Part shown: piece after piece, positions 36,295 through 46,787 of the stretch
Layout: each line of letters begins with the position of its first letter
Position numbering within the stretch: position 1 is the first letter of the stretch
Origin: Armatimonadota bacterium
GTDB lineage: Bacteria; Armatimonadota; HRBIN16
Direction of reading: 5' to 3'
Assembly (NCBI GenBank): GCA_026003175.1
Contig: BPGT01000001.1
Location: 408,839 to 472,838 of the forward strand
Length of the DNA stretch: 64,000 bases
Translations under genes and position numbers: made by a program
The notes under the pieces: model-generated
Seen by the model: the letters and a program-made list of their open reading frames with translations, nothing else
Databases searched by the model: none
What the model was told of the DNA's origin: nothing

Positions 36295-37424
36295 GCGTTT
36301 ACTCCAAAATGAGCAAACAGCACCTGTCGGATACGCTGCGCCGCCTTGCCGTCACCGTATGGGTTCACCGCGCGTGCCATTTGCTCGTAAGCGTCCTCGT
36401 CGGTCAGCAGGCGGCTTGCCTCCTGTACAATGCGCTCGGTATCGGTTCCTATCAACCGTGCAGTGCCTGCTTCTACCCCTTCAGGGCGTTCGGTGGTTTC
36501 ACGCAGCACCAGCACCGGTTTGCCCAGGCTGGGAGCCTCTTCCTGCACGCCGCCCGAATCGGTGAGGATAAGGGTAGAATGCTGCATTAACTTCACAAAC
36601 GGCGCGTAATCGGGAGGGTCCGTTAGCAGAACGCGAGGCACGCCACCCAGTACCTCGGCAGCAGTTTGGCGCACCAGCGGGTTGCGGTGCATGGGAAAAA
36701 CTACCTGAATATCGTCAAAGCGTTCCACCAGAAGCTTCACCGCTGTACATATACGGCGCAACGGCTCTCCCCAGTTCTCGCGGCGGTGCGCGGTGAGCAG
36801 CACCGTACGCAGAGGTGAGGCCATCGCCTGTTGCAGTTGCGGGTCCGTAACGGGATAGGGTTGCTCCGCCACCATCAGCAGGGCGTCGATGCCGGTGTTG
36901 CCCGTGACCCAGATGTTTTCGGGATGGACGCCTTCCCGTAGCAGGTTTTCGCGCGCTTTGGGAGTGGGCGCGAAGTGGAAGTCAGCGATGACTGCCGCCA
37001 GCCTGCGGTTCATCTCCTCCGGGAAGGGATTGTACTTGTGGTATGTGCGCAGCCCCGCTTCCACATGCCCAAACGCCACCTGATGGTAAAATGCGGCGAG
37101 CGCAGCCACGAAGGTGGTGGTGGTATCGCCTTGCGCCAGCAATACATGCGGTTTCTGCTCCTGAAGCAGGACATCCAGCCCTTCCAGCACACGCACGGTA
37201 ATCTGCGTGAGCGTTTGACCGTGCTGCATAATGTTCAGGTCGTGATGAGGGGTGATATGGAAGAGCTGCAGCACCTGGTCTAGCATCTCGCGGTGCTGTC
37301 CGGTCGCCACTACCTTCACCTGCACGAGCGGCTCGTATCGCTGCAGTTCCAGCACGACCGGCGCCATCTTCACCGCGTCGGGGCGTGTGCCAAAGACCGT
37401 CATCACCTGCAGGGGAGATGGCAT
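36291..37424 (-). CDS. wecB: UDP-N-acetylglucosamine 2-epimerase (non-hydrolysing)
   Basis: MTVFGTRPDAVKMAPV...HVEAGLRT...LTDSGGVQEEAPSLGKPVLVLRETTERPE: WecB signature blocks. Confidence 0.85.
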   Translation of the reverse strand: MPSPLQVMTVFGTRPDAVKMAPVVLELQRYEPLVQVKVVATGQHREMLDQVLQLFHITPHHDLNIMQHGQTLTQITVRVLEGLDVLLQEQKPHVLLAQGDTTTTFVAALAAFYHQVAFGHVEAGLRTYHKYNPFPEEMNRRLAAVIADFHFAPTPKARENLLREGVHPENIWVTGNTGIDALLMVAEQPYPVTDPQLQQAMASPLRTVLLTAHRRENWGEPLRRICTAVKLLVERFDDIQVVFPMHRNPLVRQTAAEVLGGVPRVLLTDPPDYAPFVKLMQHSTLILTDSGGVQEEAPSLGKPVLVLRETTERPEGVEAGTARLIGTDTERIVQEASRLLTDEDAYEQMARAVNPYGDGKAAQRIRQVLFAHFGVNA

Positions 37425-37430
37425 GTGTGG

Positions 37431-38399
37431 TTACCTCGTCATCCGGTAGAGGGTGAAAGCGGCTACGCTGAACACCAGTCCAATGCCCCAGATAACGATG
37501 ACAGCACGCCGATGGCCCAGTCGCCCGACCAGCCAGTGGTGGAAATGTCTCATATCCGCCTTATGCAAAGGCTGACGCGCCAGCACGCGGCGCGAAACCA
37601 CAAAAAAGGCATCGAAGAAGGGCACTCCCAGCACCAGCAACGGCACCAGCACCGAGATAGTGGCAGCCACCTTAAATGTACCCACTATCGCCAGCGTTGC
37701 CAGCACAAAGCCGATGAACTGTGCACCGACAGTACCCATGAAGATGGAAGCGGGGTTGATGTTGTGGCGCAAGAAGCCTACACATGCGCCCGCCAGCGCC
37801 GCAGCGGGGACGGCTATCATCAGCTGTTTCTCGGAGACCGCCATCAGGGTAAGCGTGCTGGCGGAAATCGCCGTCACTCCTGCTGCCAAGCCGTCCAGCC
37901 CGTCGATAGCGTCTACCGTTTTGGTTACCACAAATACCCACAGTGCGGTGACCGGAAGGCTCCACAAGCCTAGAGGTAGCCAGTATTCAGGACGATATTC
38001 GCCGGGCATCAGTGGCGCAAGCGGATGGGTAACGCCTTCGATGCGGATACCGAACAGCGCCAACGCCACGCCCGCTCCCAGCAGTATCACCAGCTGCCAG
38101 AGGGGCGTGATTTGCACCTTATCATCGAGCATCCCAAACAGCGCGATAACCGTCCCCAGTACGAGGATTGCCGTCAGCGCGTTGCTCCAGAGATTCAGCC
38201 AGAGCGCCGTTGGGATAACCGCCATCCAGAAAGCGAGGTAGATGGCAATACCACCCCAGCGTGGTGTAGGCTCGCGGTGCACTCGCCGTTCGTCCGGCTG
38301 GTCAATCACACCCATGCGCTCGGCAAGCTTTCGCACCACAGGCGTCACTAGCGCAGCAACCACCATTGCTATCAGGAAAGTGATAAAAGCTATTCGCAC
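37431..38399 (-). CDS. wecA: Undecaprenyl/polyprenyl-phosphate N-acetylhexosamine-1-phosphate transferase (GT4 MraY-like; WecA/TagO)
   Basis: N-terminus ...[32 protein letters not shown] and 10-TM topology typical of WecA/TagO. Confidence 0.8.
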   Translation of the reverse strand: MRIAFITFLIAMVVAALVTPVVRKLAERMGVIDQPDERRVHREPTPRWGGIAIYLAFWMAVIPTALWLNLWSNALTAILVLGTVIALFGMLDDKVQITPLWQLVILLGAGVALALFGIRIEGVTHPLAPLMPGEYRPEYWLPLGLWSLPVTALWVFVVTKTVDAIDGLDGLAAGVTAISASTLTLMAVSEKQLMIAVPAAALAGACVGFLRHNINPASIFMGTVGAQFIGFVLATLAIVGTFKVAATISVLVPLLVLGVPFFDAFFVVSRRVLARQPLHKADMRHFHHWLVGRLGHRRAVIVIWGIGLVFSVAAFTLYRMTR

Positions 38400-38872
38400 C
38401 TGCGTTCTCTCCTCGTTCTGCCGGGGAAGATGAGCTCCGCTACGCCATCGCGTAATCGCACGAGCTCCATCCCCGCCTCTTCGAATAGCTCCATCGCGAA
38501 CGGGTCAGGATAGTCTCCCTCAAATACCACGCGCTCGATGCCCGCGTTGATAATCATTTTGGCGCAGGCGTTGCACGGCTGGCAGGTGACGTACACCGTC
38601 GCGCCGCGTGTGGACACGCCGTTCAGCGCAGCCTGCAGGATGGCGTTCTGTTCGGCATGCAGGGCGCGCTGGCAATGTCCGTCCACGATTTTACAGCCCA
38701 CCTCGGTACAATGCGCCAGCCCATGCGGCGCGCCGTTGTAGCCGGTGGTTAGGATACGCCTGTCCAGCACAATCACCGCGCCCACCGACCGCCGAGGGCA
38801 GGTTGCTCGGGTGGCAACCTCCTTGGCAATGCGCATGAAGTACTCATCCCACGATGGTCTGGTATCTGCCAT
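38390..38872 (-). CDS. dCMP deaminase (cytidine/deoxycytidylate deaminase family, ComEB-like)
   Basis: Zinc motifs HAEQNAI and [10 protein letters not shown]; N-terminal SWDEYFM typical of dCMP deaminase. Confidence 0.8.
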   Translation of the reverse strand: MADTRPSWDEYFMRIAKEVATRATCPRRSVGAVIVLDRRILTTGYNGAPHGLAHCTEVGCKIVDGHCQRALHAEQNAILQAALNGVSTRGATVYVTCQPCNACAKMIINAGIERVVFEGDYPDPFAMELFEEAGMELVRLRDGVAELIFPGRTRRERRCE

Positions 38873-38891
38873 CTTCCCTCCCCATTAATCA

Positions 38892-40169
38892 TTATGCCAG
38901 AACCGGGAACTGGTCGCAGAGGGCAAGCACCTCTTGACGTATCGCATCCAGCCTGTCCTCGTCCTCCGGTGCTTCCAGCGTGCGGGCGATAAGCTCGGCG
39001 ATACGCTCCATCTCCGGTTCAGCCATACCGCGTGTGGTCACCGCCGGTGTGCCCAGACGGATCCCGCTGGTCACGAAGGGCTTTTCGGGGTCAAACGGTA
39101 TCATATTGCGGTTGACGGTGATGTTCACACTGTCCAGCACCACTTGTGCCTTACGGCCGGTGAGCTTTTGCGGGCGCAGGTCTATCAGCATCAGGTGGTT
39201 ATCGGTGCCGCCGGAAACGAGTCGAAAGCCGCGCCGTGCCAGTCCATCCGCCAGCGCACGGGCATTGCGGCGGATCTGTGCCTGATACAGTTTGAACTGC
39301 GGTTGTAATGCCTCTTTGAAGCAGACCGCCTTCGCCGCGATAATGTGCATCAGCGGTCCGCCCTGCATCCCGGGGAATACAGCTTTGTCGATAGCCTGAG
39401 CGTACTCCGCCCTGCATAGAATCATGCCGCCGCGCGGGCCACGCAGAGTCTTGTGGGTGGTGGTAGTGACGAAATCGGCATAGGGGATGGGTGAGGGATG
39501 CTCGCCTGCCGCCACCAGCCCCGCGATGTGCGCCATATCCACCATCAACTTCGCACCGACCTCATCGGCAATCTCGCGGAAGGCGGCGAAATCAATGATG
39601 CGCGGGTAGCAACTGGCGCCCGCGACGATCAGCTTGGGGCGATGCTGTCGGGCGAGGTCGCGCACTTGGTCGTAGTCTATCTCTTCAGTGTCGGGATGTA
39701 CGCCGTAGTGCACCGCGCGATACAGCATGCCCGAAAAGTTCACCGGACTACCGTGCGTTAGGTGTCCACCCATTGACAGGTCCATCGCGAGGAAAGTATC
39801 TCCCGGCTGAAGTGCCACGCTGTACACCGCCTGGTTCGCCTGTGCGCCCGAGTGGGGCTGTACGTTGGCGTGTTCCGCGCCGAACAGTTGCTTCGCCCGC
39901 TCGATGGCAAGGCTCTCCACCACGTCCATGTTCTCACAGCCACCGTAATAGCGTTTGGCAGGATAGCCTTCGGCATACTTATCGGTCATTACCGAGCCCA
40001 TTGCTTCGAGCACCGCTCTGCTGGCAATGTTCTCGGAGGCGATGAGCTCGAGGTGGGTGTGCTGACGTTTCTTCTCGTTCTCAATTGCAGCGAATACTTC
40101 AGGGTCCACTTCCGATAGCGGAGCGGTCCGGTGGTAGTGCATAGTGAGACGATTATCTAGCAGGCTCAC
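38892..40169 (-). CDS. glyA: Serine hydroxymethyltransferase
   Basis: [33 protein letters not shown]-lysine region [14 protein letters not shown]; 425 aa. Confidence 0.9.
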   Translation of the reverse strand: MSLLDNRLTMHYHRTAPLSEVDPEVFAAIENEKKRQHTHLELIASENIASRAVLEAMGSVMTDKYAEGYPAKRYYGGCENMDVVESLAIERAKQLFGAEHANVQPHSGAQANQAVYSVALQPGDTFLAMDLSMGGHLTHGSPVNFSGMLYRAVHYGVHPDTEEIDYDQVRDLARQHRPKLIVAGASCYPRIIDFAAFREIADEVGAKLMVDMAHIAGLVAAGEHPSPIPYADFVTTTTHKTLRGPRGGMILCRAEYAQAIDKAVFPGMQGGPLMHIIAAKAVCFKEALQPQFKLYQAQIRRNARALADGLARRGFRLVSGGTDNHLMLIDLRPQKLTGRKAQVVLDSVNITVNRNMIPFDPEKPFVTSGIRLGTPAVTTRGMAEPEMERIAELIARTLEAPEDEDRLDAIRQEVLALCDQFPVLA

Positions 40170-40632
40170 GTTCTGTTTCTCCCTCGGTATAGCGTTTCTC
40201 TAACATCTGTACTTTATGCACACGACGGACATGTCGCTCTTCGTCGGTGAACGAAGCGTTGAGGAATGCGCTCACAATCTCCATCGCCAGCTCCGCGCCG
40301 ATAATGCGCCCCCCCATACACAACACGTTCGCGTCGTTGTGTTGGCGGGCTAATCGGGCGGTGACGGGGTCTTGTGCGTGTGCAGCACGGATACCTTTCA
40401 CCTTATTTGCGCTGATGCTCATGCCCACACCCGTACCGCAGATGAGTATACCCAAATCGCATTCTCCCTGCGCAACCGCGTTCGCCACCATGAGGGCGAA
40501 GTCGGGGTAATCGCATGGGGCGTCGGTATGGGTGCCGAAGTCACGTACGGTGATGCCTTGCTGCTGCAGGTACGAGCGCACAATGTTTTTCAAGTGGTAG
40601 CCAGCGTGGTCCGCGCCTAAGCCGATAATCAT
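40153..40632 (-). CDS. rpiB: Ribose-5-phosphate isomerase B
   Basis: [15 protein letters not shown] start with GGAGGG RBS; LacAB/RpiB fold, ~160 aa. Confidence 0.8.
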   Translation of the reverse strand: MIIGLGADHAGYHLKNIVRSYLQQQGITVRDFGTHTDAPCDYPDFALMVANAVAQGECDLGILICGTGVGMSISANKVKGIRAAHAQDPVTARLARQHNDANVLCMGGRIIGAELAMEIVSAFLNASFTDEERHVRRVHKVQMLEKRYTEGETEREPAR

Positions 40633-40810
40633 GGAAAGCCCTCCCCCGAGAAGTGCAGGTTTATTGTAACATGAGAGGGAGGGGTGTTGCAAGCGCGAGA
40701 ATCTGATGGGCAGGTTATTCTCCGCTCCCGGCACGCCCCGTCATCTGTGCCAGCAGGGTATGTATCTGCTCCACCGCAGGAGCCGATATCCTTCCTATTT
40801 GCTCACTCAA

Positions 40811-40999
40811 GATAGTACTACTTTGTCAAATCTTTTCTTTAAGGTGTTGGTATTGCCCCAGCGATTGAAAATCGCGGGCAACAGGGAACGAAACCTGCTA
40901 GCGCAGGTTATCCACTCCCGAAAGGGGTTTTGTGCACGTGCCCGCGACTTCCAGTCGCCGGGTGGTCTATAATAAATTGAGACTTGACAGAGTACTACA
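40811..40999. repeat. MITE-like ~190-bp repeat (family B) with terminal inverted repeats and conserved hairpins
   Basis: Ends gatAGTACTacTTTGTCAAat ... aTTGACAgAGTACTac; internal hairpins gcgatt-gaa-aatcgc, cccgaaaggg, cccgcgac-ttcca-gtcgccggg; ~85% identical to 47941-48128. Confidence 0.75.
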
Positions 41000-41055
41000 G
41001 AACAGTGTGAAGCAACGCTTGGCAGAGTTGAACTCTTCCAGAGAAGGTGAGCCTA

Positions 41056-41517
41056 ATGCGAGTCACCCTGTTGCTGTTAGCGCTGGTTTTCATCCCAGCA
41101 CTGGCATTCTGGTTGAATCACGATACCATATCCGCCGTGCTAATCATTGTGTGGACTATTCTGGTACTGCCCGCAGGTATCCTGACCGCTATGGACTACC
41201 TTCGATACCGCCACGTCCACACGCCTGTGGTCAAAGGTGCACTTCGTGTGATTGTTCTGCTAGCGGGGGTAGCGGGTATCGTGTCCACCGTTCTAATCTG
41301 GGGCGGTATCTTGTGGGTGCTACCCCGATTCCGTTGGGATGCAAGGTGGTTGGTATCTGCCTTAGAGATTCCGGCGAAATCTGCGCTGGGCACTGTCTGC
41401 GGACTGTTCAGCTGGTACCTGGTGCGCTTAGCCCTGCGCGGTGAGGAGCCTTTTGACGAAGAGGATATCGAGGAGACAAACGAGCGGTTTGAGTCGTATG
41501 AGGAGCAGGAAGAATAG
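41056..41517 (+). CDS. Hypothetical membrane protein with acidic C-terminus
   Basis: GAAGGTGAG RBS; four predicted TM helices; tail EEPFDEEDIEETNERFESYEEQEE. Confidence 0.5.
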   Translation: MRVTLLLLALVFIPALAFWLNHDTISAVLIIVWTILVLPAGILTAMDYLRYRHVHTPVVKGALRVIVLLAGVAGIVSTVLIWGGILWVLPRFRWDARWLVSALEIPAKSALGTVCGLFSWYLVRLALRGEEPFDEEDIEETNERFESYEEQEE

Positions 41518-41559
41518 CAGTGCGTCAATCTTGACGTAGCCACAGGCTTATCCACTAAA

Positions 41560-41955
41560 CTAACCCCCCCGTCTTTCCCTTCGAATCATCACTCCCGTCG
41601 CTTGCGCGGGTACTTTCATCGGGGGGAGCAGCTTACGCACGGTGACCTCTACCGCCGATGCAGGAAAGTTCTGCAGGATGTCTTCGGCGATGCGTTCGGC
41701 TAAGGTCTCTATCAGCCGAAACTGGTTCTCGGTGCTGATGGCTAACACGCGCTTCGCCACCGCCGAATAGTTGATGGTGCGCGACAGGTCATCACTCTGG
41801 GCAGCCGGACGGATGTCAAATTCCAGCACCACGTCCACGCTATAGCGATGACCTATCGCCTGTTCCTCGTCAGATGCCCCGTGGTAGGCGTGAAAGGTGA
41901 TGCCCTCTATCAGGATAGTGTCAGGCCTCGTTTCACTTCCCATCACCGCACCCAC
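41560..41955 (-). CDS. folB: Dihydroneopterin aldolase
   Basis: ILIEGITFHAYHGASDEEQAIGHRYSVDVVLEF: canonical FolB N-terminal block. Confidence 0.75.
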   Translation of the reverse strand: MGAVMGSETRPDTILIEGITFHAYHGASDEEQAIGHRYSVDVVLEFDIRPAAQSDDLSRTINYSAVAKRVLAISTENQFRLIETLAERIAEDILQNFPASAVEVTVRKLLPPMKVPAQATGVMIRRERRGG

Positions 41956-42659
41956 GAATAGTCAGACATATCCACCGCACCGTCCAGGATGACCAGCACT
42001 TTCTCTCGCTGGGCAAGGTCCTTTGCATCCGGTGTAATCCCTTCGCCTGCCACCGCCGGAAAGGTCTGCACCCCGTGCTGTGTCAGGATAGCAGCACGCT
42101 TGCTGATGCGCTCCACGTCCGCGGGAAATATCATCCACGGAACTTCTATCGCGATGTGGATAGGCTCTCCTGTATGAGGATGTTTTGCCGAGGCCAGCTC
42201 ATCTATCTGCAGTAGTTCCTGCTTCTCCTTGTCTGTGATCTGTGTGCCTGCATCCAACAAGTCCTCCACAAACAGCCCCAGGTCCACAACACGTGGACGC
42301 TTGACGTAATAGCCCAGTATCGCACTGGCTCTCTGGTGGAAGCGCAGCTCCAGCGTGTAGCCACAGGATTTGCTAACTTCGCTGCTCAGTTTTTCCACCC
42401 AGCTGGTCAGGCGTTCGACAGTTTGCTTGAGTTCACGAACTTCCTCAAGGAGTTGCTGGTGGCTCGCCTCCAACCGTTCTAAACGCGAAATCGCTTGCTC
42501 GTGGCTGTGGGTCAGGCGATCGAGGGCTTCCTCTACCCGACGCAAGCGATCGGGCACCTGCTTCTCCTCTTCCGTGAAGAGCACGTCCCGCAGGCGGTCT
42601 CGCCACTCCGGGTGTTCACGCAGAATCTGTATCAGGTCGTCAACGGTGTGTATTTCCAT
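41943..42659 (-). CDS. Coiled-coil protein paralogous to 20435-21298 (HPEWR N-terminus, restriction-endonuclease-like C-terminus)
   Basis: MEIHTVDDLIQILREHPEWRDRLRDVLF matches LLQILQQHPEWRARLLDNLL of the paralog; central heptad coiled coil; C-terminal alpha/beta region. Confidence 0.55.
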   Translation of the reverse strand: MEIHTVDDLIQILREHPEWRDRLRDVLFTEEEKQVPDRLRRVEEALDRLTHSHEQAISRLERLEASHQQLLEEVRELKQTVERLTSWVEKLSSEVSKSCGYTLELRFHQRASAILGYYVKRPRVVDLGLFVEDLLDAGTQITDKEKQELLQIDELASAKHPHTGEPIHIAIEVPWMIFPADVERISKRAAILTQHGVQTFPAVAGEGITPDAKDLAQREKVLVILDGAVDMSDYSWVR

Positions 42660-42693
42660 CGTCTGCCACCGCTCCTATTATACCTCTTATACC

Positions 42694-45600
42694 TCACCGC
42701 AATCGGAGCATCATCTTGCGAACAGCATACACCTCCACCTCGCCCAGCAAACCCGATGGGCGCAGGGGAGCATCCCGGTTCCAGTGCTTCCAGGTGGTGA
42801 AGGTCAATCGCTGGGGTACGGGGCGCGGCTTGCCCTCCACGAACCACTGTGGGAAGGCTTTGAGCCGACTTCCCTCCCACTCACAATCGTCGGGATACTG
42901 TTCGTCGCCAATAAGGCGGTTCACCCACAGGTTCGTGACGTGTACCTCCAGAAGGTTCAGTCCCGGGCGCACCGCGCGGGTGATGTCTACCCGGAACGGT
43001 GGTTTCCACAGGATGCCCAGATACTTGCCGTTTAGCCATACCTCGCACAGGTTCTTCACCTCACCCAGCGAGAGGTATAACCTGCGATCAGGCGTAATCA
43101 GAGAAGGCGGTATCTGAATCATCTTCTCGTAGCGGGCAGTACCGGAGAAGTAGCGCACGCCGGGGTCGGGATACTCTGTCCACGAGACAAGACGGTCAAA
43201 CACCACCTGCTCTGGCGCGCCCCAGCCTTTGGGGAAGTGCACCGTCCACTTGCCCTGCACGGTGATCGCTTGCGCCGGATTATCCGCTCTGACACGGATT
43301 ATCTTCCCGCCGGACGTTTGCAGCTCGTATGTGCCTGCTCGCCATGCCAGCAGTTCCGCTTTGCCTTTCGAATCGACACGCAGCTCATACGCGGGGATGA
43401 CACTTGCTCCTTCCCGTTCGGGAATCTCTAAATCGGCGTTCTCGTTGACGACGGCAGTGTACTGCTTACCGTCCAGGGTGTACTCCACGCGCAGACGTTT
43501 GTAGTGCAAGGGGGTGGGGTCTCCGCCCATTGTGGAGTTGTTTATGTTGACCGATAGTGTGCCGTTGTGTACGAACGTCCGCAGGCGTTCAGTGACATCT
43601 GCACCGCCAGCACCGTCCACCGCCTCATACACCGCCCGGCGGATAACCAGCTGACTCGGCTTGCGCTGGACGGCGCCGGGGGCGCGAACCAGGGTGAAGT
43701 GCCATGCTGGCTGTACCGACTTGCGGAACACCACAAACACCGAACCCGCCGGCTCCAATCGCAACGGCACTATAGTGCGTCCTCCCTGCACGCGGTATAC
43801 AGGCGCGGGTTCTATCACACCGGTATCGGGGTGCCAGAGCTGGGGCATTTTACCGCTTACACGGAAGACGGCTTCTACCTCCTCTGTGTGCTGCCTCTGG
43901 TTTGACACAAAGTAGATATCCGTATCGCCCACGACGCGATGAATAAACTCCAGCCGACTGCCCGCAGAGCTTTCGAAGTCGGGCTGCACCTTTCTCTCTG
44001 CAAGCACCTGCACCACGTCTTTGCCCCAGACCACCTTGCCCTTGCCGTAAGCGTGCTCCTTCACGTTTACGCCGTCGTAGTTGCCCCATACTTCATCCGC
44101 TAGACGGCGCACCTCTTCGTCGCACTGCGGGTATCCGCTCAGGCTGGGCGACTTTTCGGGCTTGGGACCGACGATGGTAGCCCCTGCCCGTACCAGCTCC
44201 GCCACCTTGCGCAGCACACGTGGCGTCATGAAACGGCTATCCGGCAGCACCAGCACACGGTAGGTCATCCCGCTGGGCAGAGCGATTCTACCGTTGCGCA
44301 CGGTCGCCTGCAGTAATACCTCTTTGTTCAGGCAGTCGTAGTCGTAGCCTTTCGCACGCAGGTCGGGACGGAACGGTGCGGAAATCGGTTGATGCTCGCC
44401 CACATAGATGGCAATGTCTGCCACAAACTGCCCCTGCTGTAGCAAATACTGGCATCGGGCGAGGTACCTCAGCCATGCCCTACCCTGCTCCCACCAGGTG
44501 TTGGTGCGCTCGAAATGAAAGCCCCAGGGTCCCATGGTCATGCCCGGCTTGACGTTCAGCCAAGGCTGATGCGCGTAGCGGTGGAAAATGAAGCGGTTGA
44601 CACCTAGGCAGAAGATATGGTCGCCGAGCGCCTTCATGGAGTAGGGGTCGTTCTGCCATCTGCCCATTTCCGGGGTGGCGGTGAAGGACTCCGCTCCAAC
44701 AACGGTTCTGCCGTAGATATGTGCCGAGGATGCCGCCAGCTTAGCGGTTTCATGCGCCCCGCCGCCTATCCAGAACTCGCCCATCGGGATGTTAGCGCGT
44801 CCACCTGCTGCGAGGTCGTCAAACGTGCCGTTGCCGTACGGCTCGGTGGAGAACAGCAGTCCCTGCTTCCGGCAGAGGTTGGCGAAGTGCCCGTAGTAGT
44901 TCTCCACGAACAGCTCCGAAACGGTCTGGCGCACATCCCACAGGAACCGTTCGGAGATTTCGGGCGAACCCACTACGTAGCCCGCGAACACCGGCAGGAA
45001 AGGTAGCAGGTCATAGCCTCGTCGTCGGTGGAACTCTTCGCGGAAGCGGGGAGTCCAGTTCTGGCTGCCTACTTCATAGCTGTCCACCAGCGCGTTGTTC
45101 AGCGTTTTGCCCGCGAGAGACCCGATGTCGCGCAATACGGTCGCCATCATGCCGTCGTTCCAGAATGCATCCAGCGCCTCTTTGCTCATCTTGTCTACTT
45201 CCAGCCCGCGCCCTTCGGGGGGTGCCGGGTGGTTATCCTTGCCGGTGGGGGTGTAGCCGATGCGCAGAATGGTCCAGCTGCCCTCCGGTACGTCCCACTC
45301 CAGCCGTCCATCCGCTTGCATCCGTGCGGTCAGGTTCAGCACCCCATCGCGTGGGATAACGCTGCCGGCAGGAGCAACCGTTTCGACAACAGGCTGGATG
45401 CCGTCCTGTCGCTCGTATGCTGCCTTGCCGCGCAGGTTCTGGATGCGCAGGCTACCCTGCGGGGTAGGGAAGGCGAGTACCGCAATGTCGCGATAGAAGC
45501 CCGCCCGCGTTTCAGGCTGGGGCAATACGTCTGAGAAGCGGGCGGGTCCGCGCACCTGTACCGCCCGCGTGACCACGATGAGCATGGCGTGTTCCGGCTT

Positions 45601-45975
45601 GACCCAGGGCCCACCGCTGCTAGACCAGCCGGCGCAGTTATGGATGCACAGTTCGATGCCCAGCCGATGCGCTTCTCTCACAGCGTGTACAATCATCTCA
45701 CGCCAGCGGTCGCTCATGAAGGTCACGCCGCCTGATGGCACACCCACATCCACGTTAAATATCTGCGCCCCGCCGACGCCCACCCGCTTCATCGCCTCCA
45801 GGTCGGCAGTGATGCCCTCTTTGCTGATATTATCGTTCACCCAGTGCCACCAAGTATGCGGTTTGGCGGAGTTCGGCGGGTTGCGAAAGCCTTCTTCCAG
45901 CGGGGCTGCTACACACCCTGCGACAAGCAAGCAAATAGCTACCCCTGCCATCGTTATTGTGCGCATGTCGCTCAC
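42694..45975 (-). CDS. Large lipoprotein glycoside hydrolase candidate (GH106/GH2-like N-terminal sugar-binding beta-sandwich)
   Basis: Lipobox LLVAGC; N-terminal block FRNPPNSAKPHTWWHWVNDNISKEGITADLEAMKRVGVGG typical of rhamnosidase/GH2-like enzymes; 1093 aa. Confidence 0.5.
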   Translation of the reverse strand: MSDMRTITMAGVAICLLVAGCVAAPLEEGFRNPPNSAKPHTWWHWVNDNISKEGITADLEAMKRVGVGGAQIFNVDVGVPSGGVTFMSDRWREMIVHAVREAHRLGIELCIHNCAGWSSSGGPWVKPEHAMLIVVTRAVQVRGPARFSDVLPQPETRAGFYRDIAVLAFPTPQGSLRIQNLRGKAAYERQDGIQPVVETVAPAGSVIPRDGVLNLTARMQADGRLEWDVPEGSWTILRIGYTPTGKDNHPAPPEGRGLEVDKMSKEALDAFWNDGMMATVLRDIGSLAGKTLNNALVDSYEVGSQNWTPRFREEFHRRRGYDLLPFLPVFAGYVVGSPEISERFLWDVRQTVSELFVENYYGHFANLCRKQGLLFSTEPYGNGTFDDLAAGGRANIPMGEFWIGGGAHETAKLAASSAHIYGRTVVGAESFTATPEMGRWQNDPYSMKALGDHIFCLGVNRFIFHRYAHQPWLNVKPGMTMGPWGFHFERTNTWWEQGRAWLRYLARCQYLLQQGQFVADIAIYVGEHQPISAPFRPDLRAKGYDYDCLNKEVLLQATVRNGRIALPSGMTYRVLVLPDSRFMTPRVLRKVAELVRAGATIVGPKPEKSPSLSGYPQCDEEVRRLADEVWGNYDGVNVKEHAYGKGKVVWGKDVVQVLAERKVQPDFESSAGSRLEFIHRVVGDTDIYFVSNQRQHTEEVEAVFRVSGKMPQLWHPDTGVIEPAPVYRVQGGRTIVPLRLEPAGSVFVVFRKSVQPAWHFTLVRAPGAVQRKPSQLVIRRAVYEAVDGAGGADVTERLRTFVHNGTLSVNINNSTMGGDPTPLHYKRLRVEYTLDGKQYTAVVNENADLEIPEREGASVIPAYELRVDSKGKAELLAWRAGTYELQTSGGKIIRVRADNPAQAITVQGKWTVHFPKGWGAPEQVVFDRLVSWTEYPDPGVRYFSGTARYEKMIQIPPSLITPDRRLYLSLGEVKNLCEVWLNGKYLGILWKPPFRVDITRAVRPGLNLLEVHVTNLWVNRLIGDEQYPDDCEWEGSRLKAFPQWFVEGKPRPVPQRLTFTTWKHWNRDAPLRPSGLLGEVEVYAVRKMMLRLR

Positions 45976-46005
45976 CCTTTGCCTCTCGTAGTTTGTCGGA
46001 CTATC

Positions 46006-46755
46006 TTACACCCTCTTCCCTGCCCACAGCGTCGCGTTGTACAGGATGCGGCGTACAACGGGATGGAAGTAGGTGGGCATGGTCTCATGCCCGGGGCGGA
46101 AGTAGAACACGCGCCCGATGCCTTCGCCTTGCCCGACTCCTCCACCGGGTCCTGAAGTGAAGTTCGGGTCTATGCCTTTGCCCACCGTCCAACACAAGCC
46201 GGATGGGAAGGTCTCACCGCCCAGCGGGAAGTAGGACTGCAGGATGACCACCAGCGGCGGCGGTACATCAAAAGGCGCACCATACATCTCCTCGCCGTTC
46301 AGCACAAAATCTTCCACCCCCTTAGCAATCGGGTGCCATGGAGCGCACACGCGGATGTGCTCGTCTTCCGGTGGTTCGTGCTCGCGCCAGCCGCCCTTCA
46401 GGTGTCCTGTGCAATTTAGCACTGCGCGAAACGGTTTGGAATAGTGTGCCGAGTGTAGCGCGATAAAACCCATGCCTTCCTGTTGCACACGCTCGGCGAT
46501 TCGGGCTGCCAGCTCGTCTTTCACCTCGCCATGCCGGGCGTGTCCCCACCACATCAGCACGTCGGTGTTCGCCAGCAGGTCGGCTGGGCAGCCCTGTTCT
46601 GGTTCGTCGAGGTTGGCGATGCGCACATCCAGCACACTCTCTTTGTCCAGCTCTCTTAAGCCTTCCGCCACCGCGCCGTTGATGCTGTGTGGGTAGATGG
46701 TTTTAGGCGCATGTGGCGGGTTCTCATCCCATACCAGAACACGTAGTTTACTCAT
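46006..46755 (-). CDS. ThuA-like (trehalose-utilisation, class I glutamine-amidotransferase-like) protein
   Basis: MSKLRVLVWDE...VLMWWGH...FIALHSAH blocks typical of ThuA; alternative TTG start at 46791 overlaps the upstream stop. Confidence 0.65.
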   Translation of the reverse strand: MSKLRVLVWDENPPHAPKTIYPHSINGAVAEGLRELDKESVLDVRIANLDEPEQGCPADLLANTDVLMWWGHARHGEVKDELAARIAERVQQEGMGFIALHSAHYSKPFRAVLNCTGHLKGGWREHEPPEDEHIRVCAPWHPIAKGVEDFVLNGEEMYGAPFDVPPPLVVILQSYFPLGGETFPSGLCWTVGKGIDPNFTSGPGGGVGQGEGIGRVFYFRPGHETMPTYFHPVVRRILYNATLWAGKRV

Positions 46756-46787
46756 CTTCTGCTTTTCCTCCGTAATGTTCTTGTTGC

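Noticed and set aside
40706-40972. ORF-track CDSs 40706-40972 and 47767-48219 giving similar 'proteins' (..LSNLFFKVLVLPQRLKIAGNRERNLL..)
   Set aside because: The similarity comes from the ~85% identical family B DNA repeat. Both lie in intergenic positions with no RBS, and the repeat has TIRs and hairpins, so they are non-coding.
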